Source of the DNA: Porphyridium purpureum
Lineage: Eukaryota
NCBI GenBank assembly: GCA_008690995.1
Contig: VRMN01000014.1
Span: 124,001-188,000, forward strand
Direction: 5' to 3'
DNA: 64,000 nt
Shown here piece after piece: positions 22,274 through 33,760 of the stretch. Position numbers and translations under genes: made by a program. The notes under the pieces were generated by a model. It did no database searches. It worked only from the letters and a program-made list of their open reading frames with translations, and had not been told where the DNA came from. How positions within the stretch are numbered: position 1 is the stretch's first letter; each line of letters starts with the position of its first letter.

Positions 22274-24360
22274 GTTCACCGGCGCCACCGGCGCCTTGCA
22301 CAGACAAAAGAGTGTCCGGACCGATAACCCGGCCACCAGGGTTCCAAACCCGGTCCAGCGGCTAATCGGCTAAAACTGAAACATCCCCTGCCCGTCGTAA
22401 CGACTCAATGGTCCGTTTTTCGGACGGTCAACGCTTTCGGTGCAAAATTTGAAGCCAGCCCGTTTCGTCCAGAAAAGAACGAGTCAAAAGCAACGACATT
22501 GCGACAGCAGATATGCTCAGGAACCAAAAGACTGTCACATAATTGGGAGTGAGAGATGAGACGAGGAATTTGAGATTCCCTCTCGCTTTACTATGCTTGC
22601 GATGTTTCGCGCACTGCTCCCCGAATTCACCACCGATTAGTGGCGCACCCGCGCGCGATGCGTTTTCTGAAGCAGGTTGTCATTTTGGCATGGGTGTCTG
22701 TGCTCGGGTTTGGAGCTATTTTACTCCACGTGTTACGCAGCAAGCTTCAATACGACAAGAGCTTTGGACTGGACCAGTCGTCAAGTAAAGCGCTCTCGTT
22801 TGTTCAAATTCGGAATGAGCTCTTTGATCCGGTCTTTCTGGCGGGACAAGTAGCTTTTGGTCTCCTGCACGGTGTGGCCATCTTTTCCTCGTAACGCAAG
22901 ACTCGTCTACCGGAAGCAGCTGCGGCTCCTTCGCGTGGGTAGCAGGACACCTTGTGCACCCGGCTTGCGTCAGTACGCTTGCGAAATGGTGCGTTGATGA
23001 TATTGTTGCTGTTTGGCACCCGATTGTTGTCCAAGCTTCTGCCAATTTGGGCGCGCGTACAATGGTGCGTTGTCTCTGTTTTGGCTTGGACGGCGAAGCA
23101 GCCACGCGACACCGTTCAGCTCTGCACCGGTCGTATCCGTAGCGTTGATTGAGCTCTGGTTCGCTCTGGTGATCTTCAATCAATAATTGAATGTTCATCA
23201 TGTCCTTCCTTGTGCACTTCAGCAGCCTTTTCGCAGGCAGGGGCTGGCGCTTTCGCAGTTGAAGAATGAACATGTGGTTAAGCGCGCTCGTTTCCTGGAT
23301 TTAATCAGCGGGCCAGTTCTCCACAGTCGGTAACGAGAGCTGGCAAAATGCTCTTCAGCGTACGGTCCTGCTTTCTACAGACGACGTGCGCCTTGCATAG
23401 GCACACTTTGTCATTGCTGCGTTGGTGGTGGTCGTCTTGTTTCTGAACGGCTCCAACGATGGACATGTGCTACTGGTCATTCAGCCACGACTTGTGGTCG
23501 ATGAGGGCAAGAAGCTGGGGTGGATGACAGGCAAAAGCCCGGACGCGGCTAGAAATATTTTCTGTCAACCGGGTCAGCTCGAGCCAAAAAGCGGGTGCCC
23601 AGAATTATTCTTTTCGCGTTTACATAATACGAGCCATGTGCGTTCGGTATGCCGCCGCGTGCACTTTGCAGCTGACACGATGCAAGTTTTGCGTGGCGAC
23701 TCACTTGGATATTTCTATGAATCGCGCGGTCCTTCTGTGCCTTATACACTCAGCCTCAGAACATATAGGGGCGTTTGGACCTCTGACCATTCTGCGAGTC
23801 GTGCGACCGCCTCCAGCCCAGTACCGTCCAATCCATACAATGCACGCAAAGATGCTGCTACGTGACTCTGGAGAAATGGACCAGGTACGAGTGATCGCAG
23901 CGGAACGAATGCTCATGGCGCTCATTCGTGATCATTGGCGTCAGCTGCTGAAAGCCGCCTTTCACGAATTGCACAGACATGGCGCGAACATGATAGAAAT
24001 TCCATTCGTCCAAACTTGGACTCGTGGAAGTGGGATCGCGATTTAGACAATTTAAAAGACTTGCAGCTGGCGTGCTTCTGCCTTCACGCAGTTGCTGTGC
24101 ACGCCCGTGCATGCGCCACCATTGGGAAAGGAATCTGAACCGAATAAGTGGATCTCTCATAGTGTGTGGATAATCAGTATCATGGCGATTGGAACCGGTG
24201 CTCCCCGCTTCTCACATGCTTGGCGAAAATTTTCCACACATATCCATCTTTTACAATCATTGTTTGTTTGAAGCATCTGGTGCCCACCCCCCGCGAGCCC
24301 TCGCGGCCTGATGCGCTATTCTCTTTCCGCGGAAAGGTCATGCTCTAATTCGGGCATCAT

Positions 24361-25470
24361 TTAAGAAATGTTGAGTTCCACGCCCCCAGTGTGAAGCGTC
24401 GGGAGGGACAGGCCTTGATCCATCAAAAATGGCTGGTACTCTATCGACTCGATCGTCAACGACTCCTCGGACACTGGTCCTGGGTTTGACGCCATGGCCG
24501 AGCTCCAGCCGTCGTCCGCTTCCGCAGTCCCGGACAATTCGTTCGCTCCGCGCGAGTCGTACGCAAAGCAAAACACAAGTTCTGGTTCTCGATGCGGACT
24601 CTCCGACGCCGAGTGGAAAGCGAGGACGCTGTCGTCGTCTATGACCATAGCTCCGCCGCGCAAGGCTGTTGAAGCACTTGTCGAACACGCACCATGCGAA
24701 CCTTGACGAAAGGCCGCATCGGCGCTGGGCCAAAGGTCGCATTTCGTGGAGCTCAACTGCGCTTTCCGTTCTTGCGAGCACATATCTGAGTCGGGTGCAA
24801 ACGATTCGCGTGTCGCTGGAAGGGCTTCGTCGCAATGCCCATTGGCGAATGAGCTTGGACATGACGATGTGCTTGAGGAGCCCGCCGGTGTGCCATCCAA
24901 CCTACTTGCACTACCACTCAGCGAAGAGGACGAGGAGAGCGTCCCGCTTTGCCTGATTTCATTGCTTGCACTATCCCGGCCAGGGATCCCGCCTTGGGAG
25001 TTTCGGTGGGCGAGGCCGAGCGCGCTGGGTTGGGACGATGTGGCTATTCCAGCGCTCGCTCTTTTTCGAATTGTGTGCTGAACAGATTGAGGTATCAATC
25101 CCGCAGCATGTTTCTCCCTGCTGAGCATGCCTGAGCGCGCACGCACATAAGTGCGCAGCTTCCTACCGCTGTCCAGATCCTGTCCCGAGTACACTTCGCA
25201 GTCCGGATGTGCCTTTAGGTACCGGTCGACGTTTTTCGAGAGCGGCGATGCGTTGCCGGCAATTTTGCGCTTTTCCAAACGATTCCAGATGGTGACGTGC
25301 TCCCTACTGGCCGAGGCGCGGTCGTCACGCAGCGTTTCCGGCTGTGTGCGGTGCAGCTGCTCGAGGCCTTCGTGCGACAGGCTCCGAGCACGGCGAGTTG
25401 GGGACCTGGTGCAGCGGCGCGTTGCGCTGCGCCGCCGCCGGCAACTCGAAGCCAAGCGCCAAATGCGCAC
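24361..25470 (-). CDS. BRK-domain protein (5' end uncertain, probably frameshifted)
   Basis: HVTIWNRLEKRKIAGNASPLSKNVDRYLKAHPDCEVY resembles the BRK domain consensus; followed by a Ser-rich low-complexity tail. Confidence 0.7.
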   Translation of the reverse strand: MRIWRLASSCRRRRSATRRCTRSPTRRARSLSHEGLEQLHRTQPETLRDDRASASREHVTIWNRLEKRKIAGNASPLSKNVDRYLKAHPDCEVYSGQDLDSGRKLRTYVRARSGMLSREKHAAGLIPQSVQHTIRKRASAGIATSSQPSALGLAHRNSQGGIPGRDSASNEIRQSGTLSSSSSLSGSASRLDGTPAGSSSTSSCPSSFANGHCDEALPATRESFAPDSDMCSQERKAQLSSTKCDLWPSADAAFRQGSHGACSTSASTALRGGAMVIDDDSVLAFHSASESPHREPELVFCFAYDSRGANELSGTAEADDGWSSAMASNPGPVSEESLTIESIEYQPFLMDQGLSLPTLHTGGVELNIS

Positions 25471-26309
25471 TCATCTCTGCAGTTCTCTGAACGGTGGCCA
25501 CCCGCCGGCCGCACAGCGTGTCTGGACGCGTCGCCCACGGCTAGTTCACAGTGCACGTCGAAGCTGCGGCCGCACCCGTGCACCCAAGCAGCCAGCCCTT
25601 TGTGTCGCCGAACCGACTCGCTCTCCCTCTCCACCGTCCGTTTGCGCCGTACCTGGTGGCGCAGCTTTTGCCGTTGGCCTGCGCTGCCGCGCGCCGTGCG
25701 GAGGCGGAGGCGGCGAGGCGGATATGGCGCTGCCGGCTGTGCGTGGCGCGAGCTGCGCGTCGGCGCGGAAGAAGGCAGCGGCGCCGAGAGCAGAACGGCG
25801 CGCCGCCCAGGCGTGCGCGCGCGAGGCCCGAGACGTGCGCGGCGGCGAGTAACGTGCGCGCGCGCGTTCGCTCTCGGCGAAAGCGGCGGCGGCCGGTGGC
25901 GGCGGTACAGTCGCGCCGCCGTGCTGTCGCGGTGCTCCGCGCGCGTCACATGCGCGCAAACGGGCGTTTTGCGGGCCGCTGCTGGCGCGAGTCGCGCACG
26001 GCGCGCGCGCGGGTGGCTGTGTGTCCCGGCCACACACTCGCGCCACCGCTGAATTCGCGCTTCCGCCGCCATGCGTGGCGGCTGCCCTGAGCCGTGCCGG
26101 CTTGCTCCTGCACCATGGTTGCTGCCGGGCTCAGCTGTTGAAGTGACTCGGCACATGCCACCGCGCGTTTCGGGGCGTCGCTCGCGTTCATCCCTCGCGT
26201 GTGGCCAACGCCGACGTCCGGCTTTAGGGCTTACGCAGTGCGCCGAGTCTGGCCGATGGCGGCGCACGTGCGGTCGCGCGGCTTACGCGGCAGTTGCCTT
26301 CGGGCCGGG

Positions 26310-29300
26310 CTACGCGCAGTGGACCGGTAACGAGGTCAGGTGCGCGCGCGCTGGAGCACAAGCTCGAGCAGACGCTGCGCGCCGCTTGTCTGGGGAGACC
26401 GCCGAGCGCGACAAGCGTGGCAGCGCAGCTTGGACACCCGCTCGGCCCGCACGCGCAGCGCAGCAGCATCGTCTCGCAACGCTCAGCGTCGCGCTGCTTG
26501 TCATGAACAGGGTGTGCGCTAGCCCACTCCCGCCACTGCATGCGTCGTAGATGAGCACGCAGCGATCAAATAGATTGGACACTCCGCCACGACTCCCGGT
26601 CGCTGTTGCCTTGACACTCGGCTCCGCAGGCAGCCCCGCGGCGCCGTCCGTCATCCCGGACATGCCCACCGTGCATGCTTTTATCTCGCTGGTGTCGCAG
26701 CCAGCCACCCACGGGATCACAGAGTGCAGCAAGTGCGTCAACCCTTCCACTGCATTCTCAAAGTCAGACGACGCTCTCGCGTAGAATTCGGTGACGAGGC
26801 TCATTGGAAAGCCGAGCCATGTTGCCTTCGTTTCGAATTGGTGCGCAGGAAAATCAACCGCGTGCAGTTTGGAGTCAAATCCCCACGACTCGGTGCCGGA
26901 CGACACAAAATGCTTCATCTTGTAGAAATGCGTCGTGGTCTCTGCAATGCTGACGGTTCCAAACCGAAGCAAGCCACCACTGCCACGGCCTCCGATCCAG
27001 ACTTCGGCGGTCGCATGCAGCCCAAGCACAGATGTCTCTAGTTTGGGTTCGGTGTAGTAGCGGATGACCTGCGGCTTGATGGCCACCGCACGTCGCGTCG
27101 CATGGTCGACCGAGATGATGAGGTAGCTCTCACGCTGATGGAGAAGCACCGCGCCCTTGTGACACACGCTGGCTGCGCGAGCTGCGTCCACTTCTTCAAT
27201 GATTTCTTCCGAGCCCCTCTCCACAACTGTGTACGTCTCGCGCGACGAGCTGCGCAGGCCGAAGGAGAACGCGTGTCGGCCAAGGCTGTTCTCTGTGGCG
27301 TGCTTTGACTCGACCGGCTGCCACTGCGTGTGCACCGCGCTCATCTTGAGTGCACTCACGAGCCCCTCTTGTTCAAGTTCGACGAGGAGATTTTGAACGT
27401 GCTCGCCGAAAAGATCATTCGCTACTTGATTGCTGAGGGTGGTTTCGGCAATCAAGCACAGCAAGTGATTTCGCGCAATGTTTTGGTTTGCCAAATCGAG
27501 CGTCGCGAATTCAGCCGGCGCCTCGAGCAGCATGTCTGGCTCCGACGCATAGTACTGGTCTGCGGTGACCTCGGTGGCGACCAAGATGGCAAGACTCGGC
27601 TTTGTGCGACGCCCGCTGCGACCAACCTGCTGCCACATGCTTGAAACAGAGCCGGGAAATCCAAGCATCACGGTAAAGTCCAACCCTCCGACGTCAATGC
27701 CCAGCTCCAAGGCTGATGTCGCGATCACGACCCGGAGCTGATTAGCAAACAACATGCGTTCGGTCTTACGACGCTCTTCCGCTTTGTACCCCGCTCGATA
27801 GTTTTGCACAGAGCCTTCCAACGCCTCGGCCCGCGGGCCACGGCTTCTCAGCGTCTCAAGAACAAGCTTGTGCAGGACTTCGCCCACCACTCGGGACTTG
27901 ACAAAGCAGATGCCGCGCAAGTTCGTGTGCTCCAAAAGGTAGCATAAGATGGAGGCTGCCTCCGGTAATGTCTTTCGTTTCATTGGCTCCCCATCGCGTC
28001 GCTGATGCAGCGCCGGATTCCAAATCACAAACGTGCGTTTGCCAAGAGGCGCTCCATCGAATTCTCGCGACACCAGCTCGACTGGGCGCCCAATCAGCCG
28101 TTCAGCGTGCGCACGAGGGTTCGAAATCGTTCCAGACAAGAGCAGGAAATTGGGAATCAGACCGTACGTTGCACAGACGTGACGGAGCCGCCTGAGAACA
28201 AATGCAAAGTGGGTGCCGAACATACCCTTGTAAATATGACTCTCATCAACGACCACAAAGCGCAGTCGCGACAGAAAGCCCGCCCACATCGAGTGCTGTG
28301 CAAGAATGAGGTGAAGCATGTCCGGATTCGTCAGAATCACACTCGATGTTTTCCGAATCCGATCTCGATCCTTCTTGTCTGTGTCCCCATCGAACACATC
28401 GACTTGGATAGGCGCGACGTCGACCATCTTTTTGGCCGTCTTACTCGTGCCCCGCCACAACTCTTTGACCGCGTCTCGAATTTTGAGCAACTGGTCCTGC
28501 GCAAGGGCCTTCAAGGGAAATACGACAAGAATCCGACTACGTTCTTTCTCCTTTTTCCGTGCCTCGTTCACGAGCAGGCGCATGATGTGAACCATGTACA
28601 CCAACGATTTACCCGACGCCGTCGAAGTCGAAAGTGCCACGTCCACATTTGTACGAAGTAGTTCGAGCGCAAGTGCCTGGTGCAGGTACAAGTATTCGAT
28701 TCCAAGACCGTCTTTAAGTGCTTTGCATACTGCTGCACTGTCGAGAACGTGTCCAGCGGGAATAGACCGCGCGCGCCGTGCAGGAAGTATTCGCGTCTCA
28801 ACTTCGCTTGCGGGGTCATTTTCCAGTTTGAGCTTCTTCACAAGGTCATGAAAGGCTCCAGAGCAACCCAACGGCCCGCTTTGAGCGTCGATTTCTTCAC
28901 AGGCTTCGGCAATCCGATTGATCCAGAGGCCGTGCAGGTCTTGCACACGTTTCGAAATCAGTTCCTGATAGACCGAGTCTTTGTCATCGCGTGTTGCTGT
29001 GATCGCAATGCCAGAAGGCAATGTCTCTGCAGAGTCACGCTCTGGTTTCGAGACCGGCATCGCTGCTGGACAGTTCAAGGCCGTTCGTTGATCATCCCCC
29101 GAATCTAAAACCTCGAGCGGACTCACACACTCTGATTGATTCCCGTCGTCGCGAATCGGATCGGCGGAACCAGCTCCGTCCTGCCTTGGACTATGTCGTC
29201 CATGTTCGGCAACATATGTGCCCGGGTTCTGGACGCTGGTCATACGCTCGTGCACGATCTCTATTGGCGTGGCGTCATCGCTCGAGTCCTGCGGTCCGTT

Positions 29301-29744
29301 GTTGATTCTGCGTCTCTTCGGCGTCGGCGGTGACGACGCATCAAACCACGTGGTCAGCTCCAGTTCGTCCTCCTCTCGAGCGACCGCTGTGGGCACCATT
29401 GGGTCTAAGTCACGAAGCTTTGCTTGGTTTGAGGCTTGGCTCGCTGAATGGGGCTTCTCTCCAGGCCAAGATCGCGCTATCTCGTCATCGGGTCTCGCGC
29501 CCCTTCGCGGGCAATCAGTTCCAGAAAGGATTCTGCGCACAAACGAGCGTGCATCCTCGGTTTCGCTTTCCTCGCCGTTCTCGGCGGCGATATGAGCCTC
29601 ATATGCCTGGCGCTGCTGCAGCAGCATGCTCTGAAATACAAATCTAGTCACGCAATCGCCCTCCCAGCATGAGGGCGGTCTGGCGCTGGAGCCGGAGCCT
29701 GAACCAGAGCCAGGCCCGGAACCAGAGTCGGCCGCACCGTCCAT
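26310..29744 (-). CDS. HRQ1: HRQ1/RecQ4-like DEAH helicase with C-terminal DUF1998 (MZB) domain
   Basis: LYLHQA, STSTASGKS, FPLKALAQDQ, DGDT, TNPDMLH, VVVDESH, YRAGY, TSALELGIDVG, QQVGRSGR, IYDACSGGSG; the DUF1998 CACGPSGCPSC lies in an alternate frame at ~26430-26465. Confidence 0.93.
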   Translation of the reverse strand: MDGAADSGSGPGSGSGSGSSARPPSCWEGDCVTRFVFQSMLLQQRQAYEAHIAAENGEESETEDARSFVRRILSGTDCPRRGARPDDEIARSWPGEKPHSASQASNQAKLRDLDPMVPTAVAREEDELELTTWFDASSPPTPKRRRINNGPQDSSDDATPIEIVHERMTSVQNPGTYVAEHGRHSPRQDGAGSADPIRDDGNQSECVSPLEVLDSGDDQRTALNCPAAMPVSKPERDSAETLPSGIAITATRDDKDSVYQELISKRVQDLHGLWINRIAEACEEIDAQSGPLGCSGAFHDLVKKLKLENDPASEVETRILPARRARSIPAGHVLDSAAVCKALKDGLGIEYLYLHQALALELLRTNVDVALSTSTASGKSLVYMVHIMRLLVNEARKKEKERSRILVVFPLKALAQDQLLKIRDAVKELWRGTSKTAKKMVDVAPIQVDVFDGDTDKKDRDRIRKTSSVILTNPDMLHLILAQHSMWAGFLSRLRFVVVDESHIYKGMFGTHFAFVLRRLRHVCATYGLIPNFLLLSGTISNPRAHAERLIGRPVELVSREFDGAPLGKRTFVIWNPALHQRRDGEPMKRKTLPEAASILCYLLEHTNLRGICFVKSRVVGEVLHKLVLETLRSRGPRAEALEGSVQNYRAGYKAEERRKTERMLFANQLRVVIATSALELGIDVGGLDFTVMLGFPGSVSSMWQQVGRSGRRTKPSLAILVATEVTADQYYASEPDMLLEAPAEFATLDLANQNIARNHLLCLIAETTLSNQVANDLFGEHVQNLLVELEQEGLVSALKMSAVHTQWQPVESKHATENSLGRHAFSFGLRSSSRETYTVVERGSEEIIEEVDAARAASVCHKGAVLLHQRESYLIISVDHATRRAVAIKPQVIRYYTEPKLETSVLGLHATAEVWIGGRGSGGLLRFGTVSIAETTTHFYKMKHFVSSGTESWGFDSKLHAVDFPAHQFETKATWLGFPMSLVTEFYARASSDFENAVEGLTHLLHSVIPWVAGCDTSEIKACTVGMSGMTDGAAGLPAEPSVKATATGSRGGVSNLFDRCVLIYDACSGGSGLAHTLFMTSSATLSVARRCCCAARAGRAGVQAALPRLSRSAVSPDKRRAASARACAPARAHLTSLPVHCA

Positions 29745-29967
29745 TACGGCAGGTTCAGCCGTGCCGCTTCACTTGGGATTCGCGCGCATGAGAAGCTCCG
29801 TATCCTTGCTCATTCGCACGTCGCCCCGGCCGCTGCTGGCTTCCCGACGTGTGAGAACCGTCTCGGTGCCATTGCGCGTAGCTGTGTCCCAAAGGCTGCG
29901 ACACACGTCGATTGTGGGGCCAACTCAGGCAACCGAGGGCGCGCGACGGAGGCGGAGGCCGGCGTTC

Positions 29968-30679
29968 ATGATGGGGCGAGGCGCGCTGATTGTGTTTGAA
30001 GGCCTGGATCGCAGCGGCAAGTCTACGCAAGCGCAGTTGCTTGCACGCGCGCTGACGGAGGGTGGGAAAGACGTGCTCGCACCCAGTCCTGTTCAGCGAC
30101 CGCCATCGGACGACGCTGCAGGCGTCGAGTACGTGTGGCGCTTCCCGGACCGCAGCACGCACATCGGGCAGACACTGAACACGTACCTGAGCAGCAAGGA
30201 CGCGGAGCCGCTGCACCGCGCGTACAGCATCTCCTGTTCAGCGCCAACCGGTGGGGCGCGCCGAGGCCATTCGAGCAGCGTTGGTCGCCGGGCGCAGCGT
30301 GATCCTCGATCGGTACACGTACTCGGGCATCGTGTACTCGTGCTCCCTAGGGCTCGAACTGGACTGGTGCATGCCACCGGACGCAGGCCTGCCGCGTCCC
30401 GACGTGGTTTGCTTTCTCTCTGTGAGCCCTGAGGTTGCCGCGAGACGGGGCGAGTTTGGGCTGGAGCGATACGAGAATACTGAAATGCAGAGGCGCGTGC
30501 GTGATAACTTTGAGCGCCTATTTGCGCACACCGCTGTGAGCGACCACAACATTCACAACTTTGATGCCGACCGAGAGATGCAGGCAGTGCACCGCGATAT
30601 TGTCGAGCTGGTGCAACGGGTCATAGCGAACGTGGCCGATTCGCCGTCCACGTCTGTGCTTTCTGTCTGGAGCAGTTAA
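29968..30679 (+). CDS. DTYMK: Thymidylate kinase (two small frameshifts near 30216 and 30256)
   Basis: RGALIVFEGLDRSGKSTQ, RFPDRST.IG, HLLFSANRW (third frame), DRYTYSGIVYS, PDAGLPRPD, RGEFGLERYE. Confidence 0.92.
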
Positions 30680-31099
30680 TCACACCGGACTGCACTGAGT
30701 CGCAACATATTTCCACGCCCTCACTCATCTCTACAAAGCTTTGCAGCTCAAAGCATGTGAGTCTTTTTCAGATTTATTGATATTGTAGTTGCTGCTTCGG
30801 CGGCGGCTGTTGCTGCTGGATCTGCCATGGCCACTCCGAGCGGATGCAGCGCGCCGCGAAAAACTAGCGCAACACGCAATGCATGCCTTCTGATCATACT
30901 GCATGCTGCGCATGCAAGGTGGCATAAGTGGAAGAATCAGTGACAAACCACATGGACCGGGCACGGCATAGGGTTGCACCAGCTCGCGCGCGGGACCTGA
31001 CCTTTCTGTGCGTTCAAAGCAGAACGAAAGAAAGCGAACCAAGCGCGACGCAACAAACCACTTGGACCGACGGACATCCATCGCGGCATTCGAGTTGAC

Positions 31100-31960
31100 G
31101 TTTGAATCACAATTTTCGACCGAGCTTTGCGCACAGGCACGAACCTTCTTTCGTAGGCCTTCCGATCAGACGTAAAGCCGCGCCGCCTCTGGGTTGCGGG
31201 ACTTGATGAGTTCGGGTCGGCCAGGAGCGACTGGATCGACATGAGGATCGTGTTCACGGTGTAGATGGGTCGCCATTTGTCCTGGATGATATCAAGACAC
31301 AGCGAGCCGTCCTTGTACACGTTCGGATGAAACACTTCACTGACAAATTGACACCGAGGCGGTCGCTCCGGATAAGCGTCTGTAAATGTCAGGCGCATTG
31401 AGAAAATGCCGCCTTCCCATGCCGAATCTGGCGGGCCGAAAATCGTGGCACTTCACACCAAGTATACAAGCGAAGTTCAAGAATCGAGAAGGAATTAAAG
31501 AAGACACAAACCACATCGACGTCAGACTCTGTGCTCTCAAAGGAAACGCAGTCACGTCAGACTGAGAATCGTTTTTGCTCGGCACATCGAATCAGAATTA
31601 GCAAGTTCCGAGAGAACGTACCTCCACACAAAGACGTCTTCGTCGTTCAGCGGCGAGGCGGAGCAGCCCTGCGCATGTCAGAATGGAGCAGAAGAGAGGA
31701 AAAGGGAAATGGTACAAATGGCGACGACGCCGAACCGGATGAAAAATTAAGTCAGACTCTGCTTTTCCGAAAGTGCACAGTCCGTGCGTGGCCAGTACGC
31801 ACGTCACGCGCGGCAATCAAGAAGCGCTCGTGACGGAGCACTTGGGCATTTCTGGGGCAGAAGCGCAGCGCGTCGCGCATGAACGTACCTCTGGCGGCTC
31901 GTGGCGCATGAGGCGCAGGTCGGTCATGAGCCGGAGTGTGGCGGCAGACGGCCCCGCACT
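31100..31960 (-). CDS. UBC2: Ubiquitin-conjugating enzyme E2, RAD6/UBC2 family; at least 3 exons (..-31889, 31668-31622, 31450-..); both ends approximate
   Basis: Spliced reading LRLMTDLRLMRHEPPE|GCSASPLNDEDVFVWS|ATIFGPPDSAWEGGIF...FHPNVYKDGSLCLDII..WRPIY..SIQSLLADPN; GTACG donors; C-terminal indels; start codon not located. Confidence 0.88.
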
Positions 31961-32713
31961 GCGGGACTTCTGCGCGGGTGCTCTTCCGCTTGCTGCGCAC
32001 TGCCTCTGCGCTGGCGGCACGAACCCTGTCCAGCACCGCGCCAGCCCGACTCCTCCTCGCCTGCTCCACGCCGCGCCCCGCCCTGCTGCGACACGCGGAC
32101 CAGCACGAACGCTGACTCGGCGATCGATCGCAGCAAGAACTGTACTTTGTGTACAGTTATCGCGCTTGCGCCGAGTCGTGCCGGGCGGCGCGAGCGCGTT
32201 TCGAGTCTGGAAGCCAGCACACTGCCGGGTTGCCGCGCAACGAAGGCGCGCGATTGGAGTGAAGGGCCGTCGCTGACCTGAAGCCGGGTCGTTAGTGCAC
32301 GTGCGCAGACGCGAAGTCAATGAGCAATGGGTGGTTTTCCTTCGAGCGTGCAGGGTGATAAAATGAGCCGCTTGCCAGTAGTTCTGCAGATCGAGTGCAG
32401 AGGCACGGGAAATTGGGTTTGAGAAGAAGAGCGTCTACCATAGAGGGGCCACAAGAAAGTGCATTTTCGAGGAATGACTCTGACCAGAGCAAAGGGAGCA
32501 GACCCGTGGTACATCGCGCTGACCTTACTTCCGGGGACTGTACTCTATCGAACCCTGGCCGACGACATTACAAGAAAACAATCATAAGGCAGCGTGGCCC
32601 TTCATGTACCAGATCTGTTGCCAGTGAGGAAGCAAGGTTCAGCCGCCTACATCGAGTACATCCAAAAGCACTTGCTCATGCGGCTAATGGTAAGCAATCG
32701 GGCATCCAAAGTG

Positions 32714-33760
32714 TGTCACGGGAGTAGCCCGTGTGTTAAGGAAATGATTAAAAAATAGCCATAGTCCGTGGCCGGATACCTGGTCGCGCCGGACCCACTG
32801 TACTGTAGGTGTACAAGGGGGCGCGTGGTAGGCCTGAAGGCCCCTTCCCTTAGGGACCAGACGCGCGATGACCACCCAGTATGGAATGGGTGTACAGCCA
32901 GGAGGTGGCTGGAACCTTCTGGGAGATTCTAGACTCAGCGACAGCAAGGCACTGTACCTCGGGGGTACAGTGGTCGCGATGGGTATAAAAAGACGCGCGG
33001 GTCGGCAACCAAGGGGGGGAGAGGGGGGTCGGGAGAGAGAAGGAGTAAGGTGGATCTAAGTAAAAACAGGTGTATTCAAGGGAGCGTGTTCGGGCCTTGG
33101 GTACCTGTTGAGGGAGCGGGGGTACAGCGGGAGTACAGCGGGGGTACGGCGGGGGTACGGCGGGAGTACAGCGCGAGCGAGCGAGCGGGGGGTTTAACGG
33201 GGAAGGTTCGCGGATGCCCTGGGGTAAGGCGTCATTAGACGGTCCTTGTTCGGAAGTGGATCCGGGGGTGGTACGTGGGCGGGGGCGGATAAAGGAGTGA
33301 TAGGCCGTTTGAAGCCGAAAGGTGAGGCAACCTCCTCCGGCTAACCCCGGCTGCCCACAACGCCTCCCCGGGTCCCGGATCACCGTAAGGTGTGGCCGAA
33401 CGGGATCCCGGTTGGGCAGCGGACGCCTGGTTCCCCCGTTACGCGCGTCTTCCGTGTGTGTGCTTTTGGTTGGCTGTGCCTGCTCCGTGCGTGTGCTCTT
33501 GGTTGGCTGTGTCTTTCCCGTGTGTCTGCTCTTGGTTGGTTCTGTCGGTCCCGTGTGTGGGTGCTCTTGGCTGTTTGCGTGTGAGCAGCGTGCGTGAGCG
33601 TCGTTGGTTCCGGGTTTCCTGCCTGCCGCAGGTCCAGTTGACTGCGGGTGTCTTGTGTTTCCTCTTGGTTGCGTGGATTGTCCAGCTTGTGTGCGTGCGT
33701 GTGCCGCTTGGCTTGCTGTTGGGTGTGCCGCGGTGTCCTGGGCCAGCACGGTTCGTGACA
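32714..33760 (+). repeat. Chromovirus 5' LTR (1047 bp)
   Basis: Direct repeat of 38894-39939 with about 8 substitutions and 1 indel counted by eye; TATAAAAA at ~32984. Confidence 0.96.

Noticed and set aside
25151..26550. Many long overlapping Arg/Ala-rich ORFs on both strands
   Set aside because: Expected from extreme GC content (few stops); no recognisable domains beyond the BRK gene 5' region and the HRQ1 3' end.
33116..33170. Short tandem repeats as a possible CRISPR-like array
   Set aside because: Contiguous 11-mers without unique spacers, inside an LTR of a eukaryotic genome.
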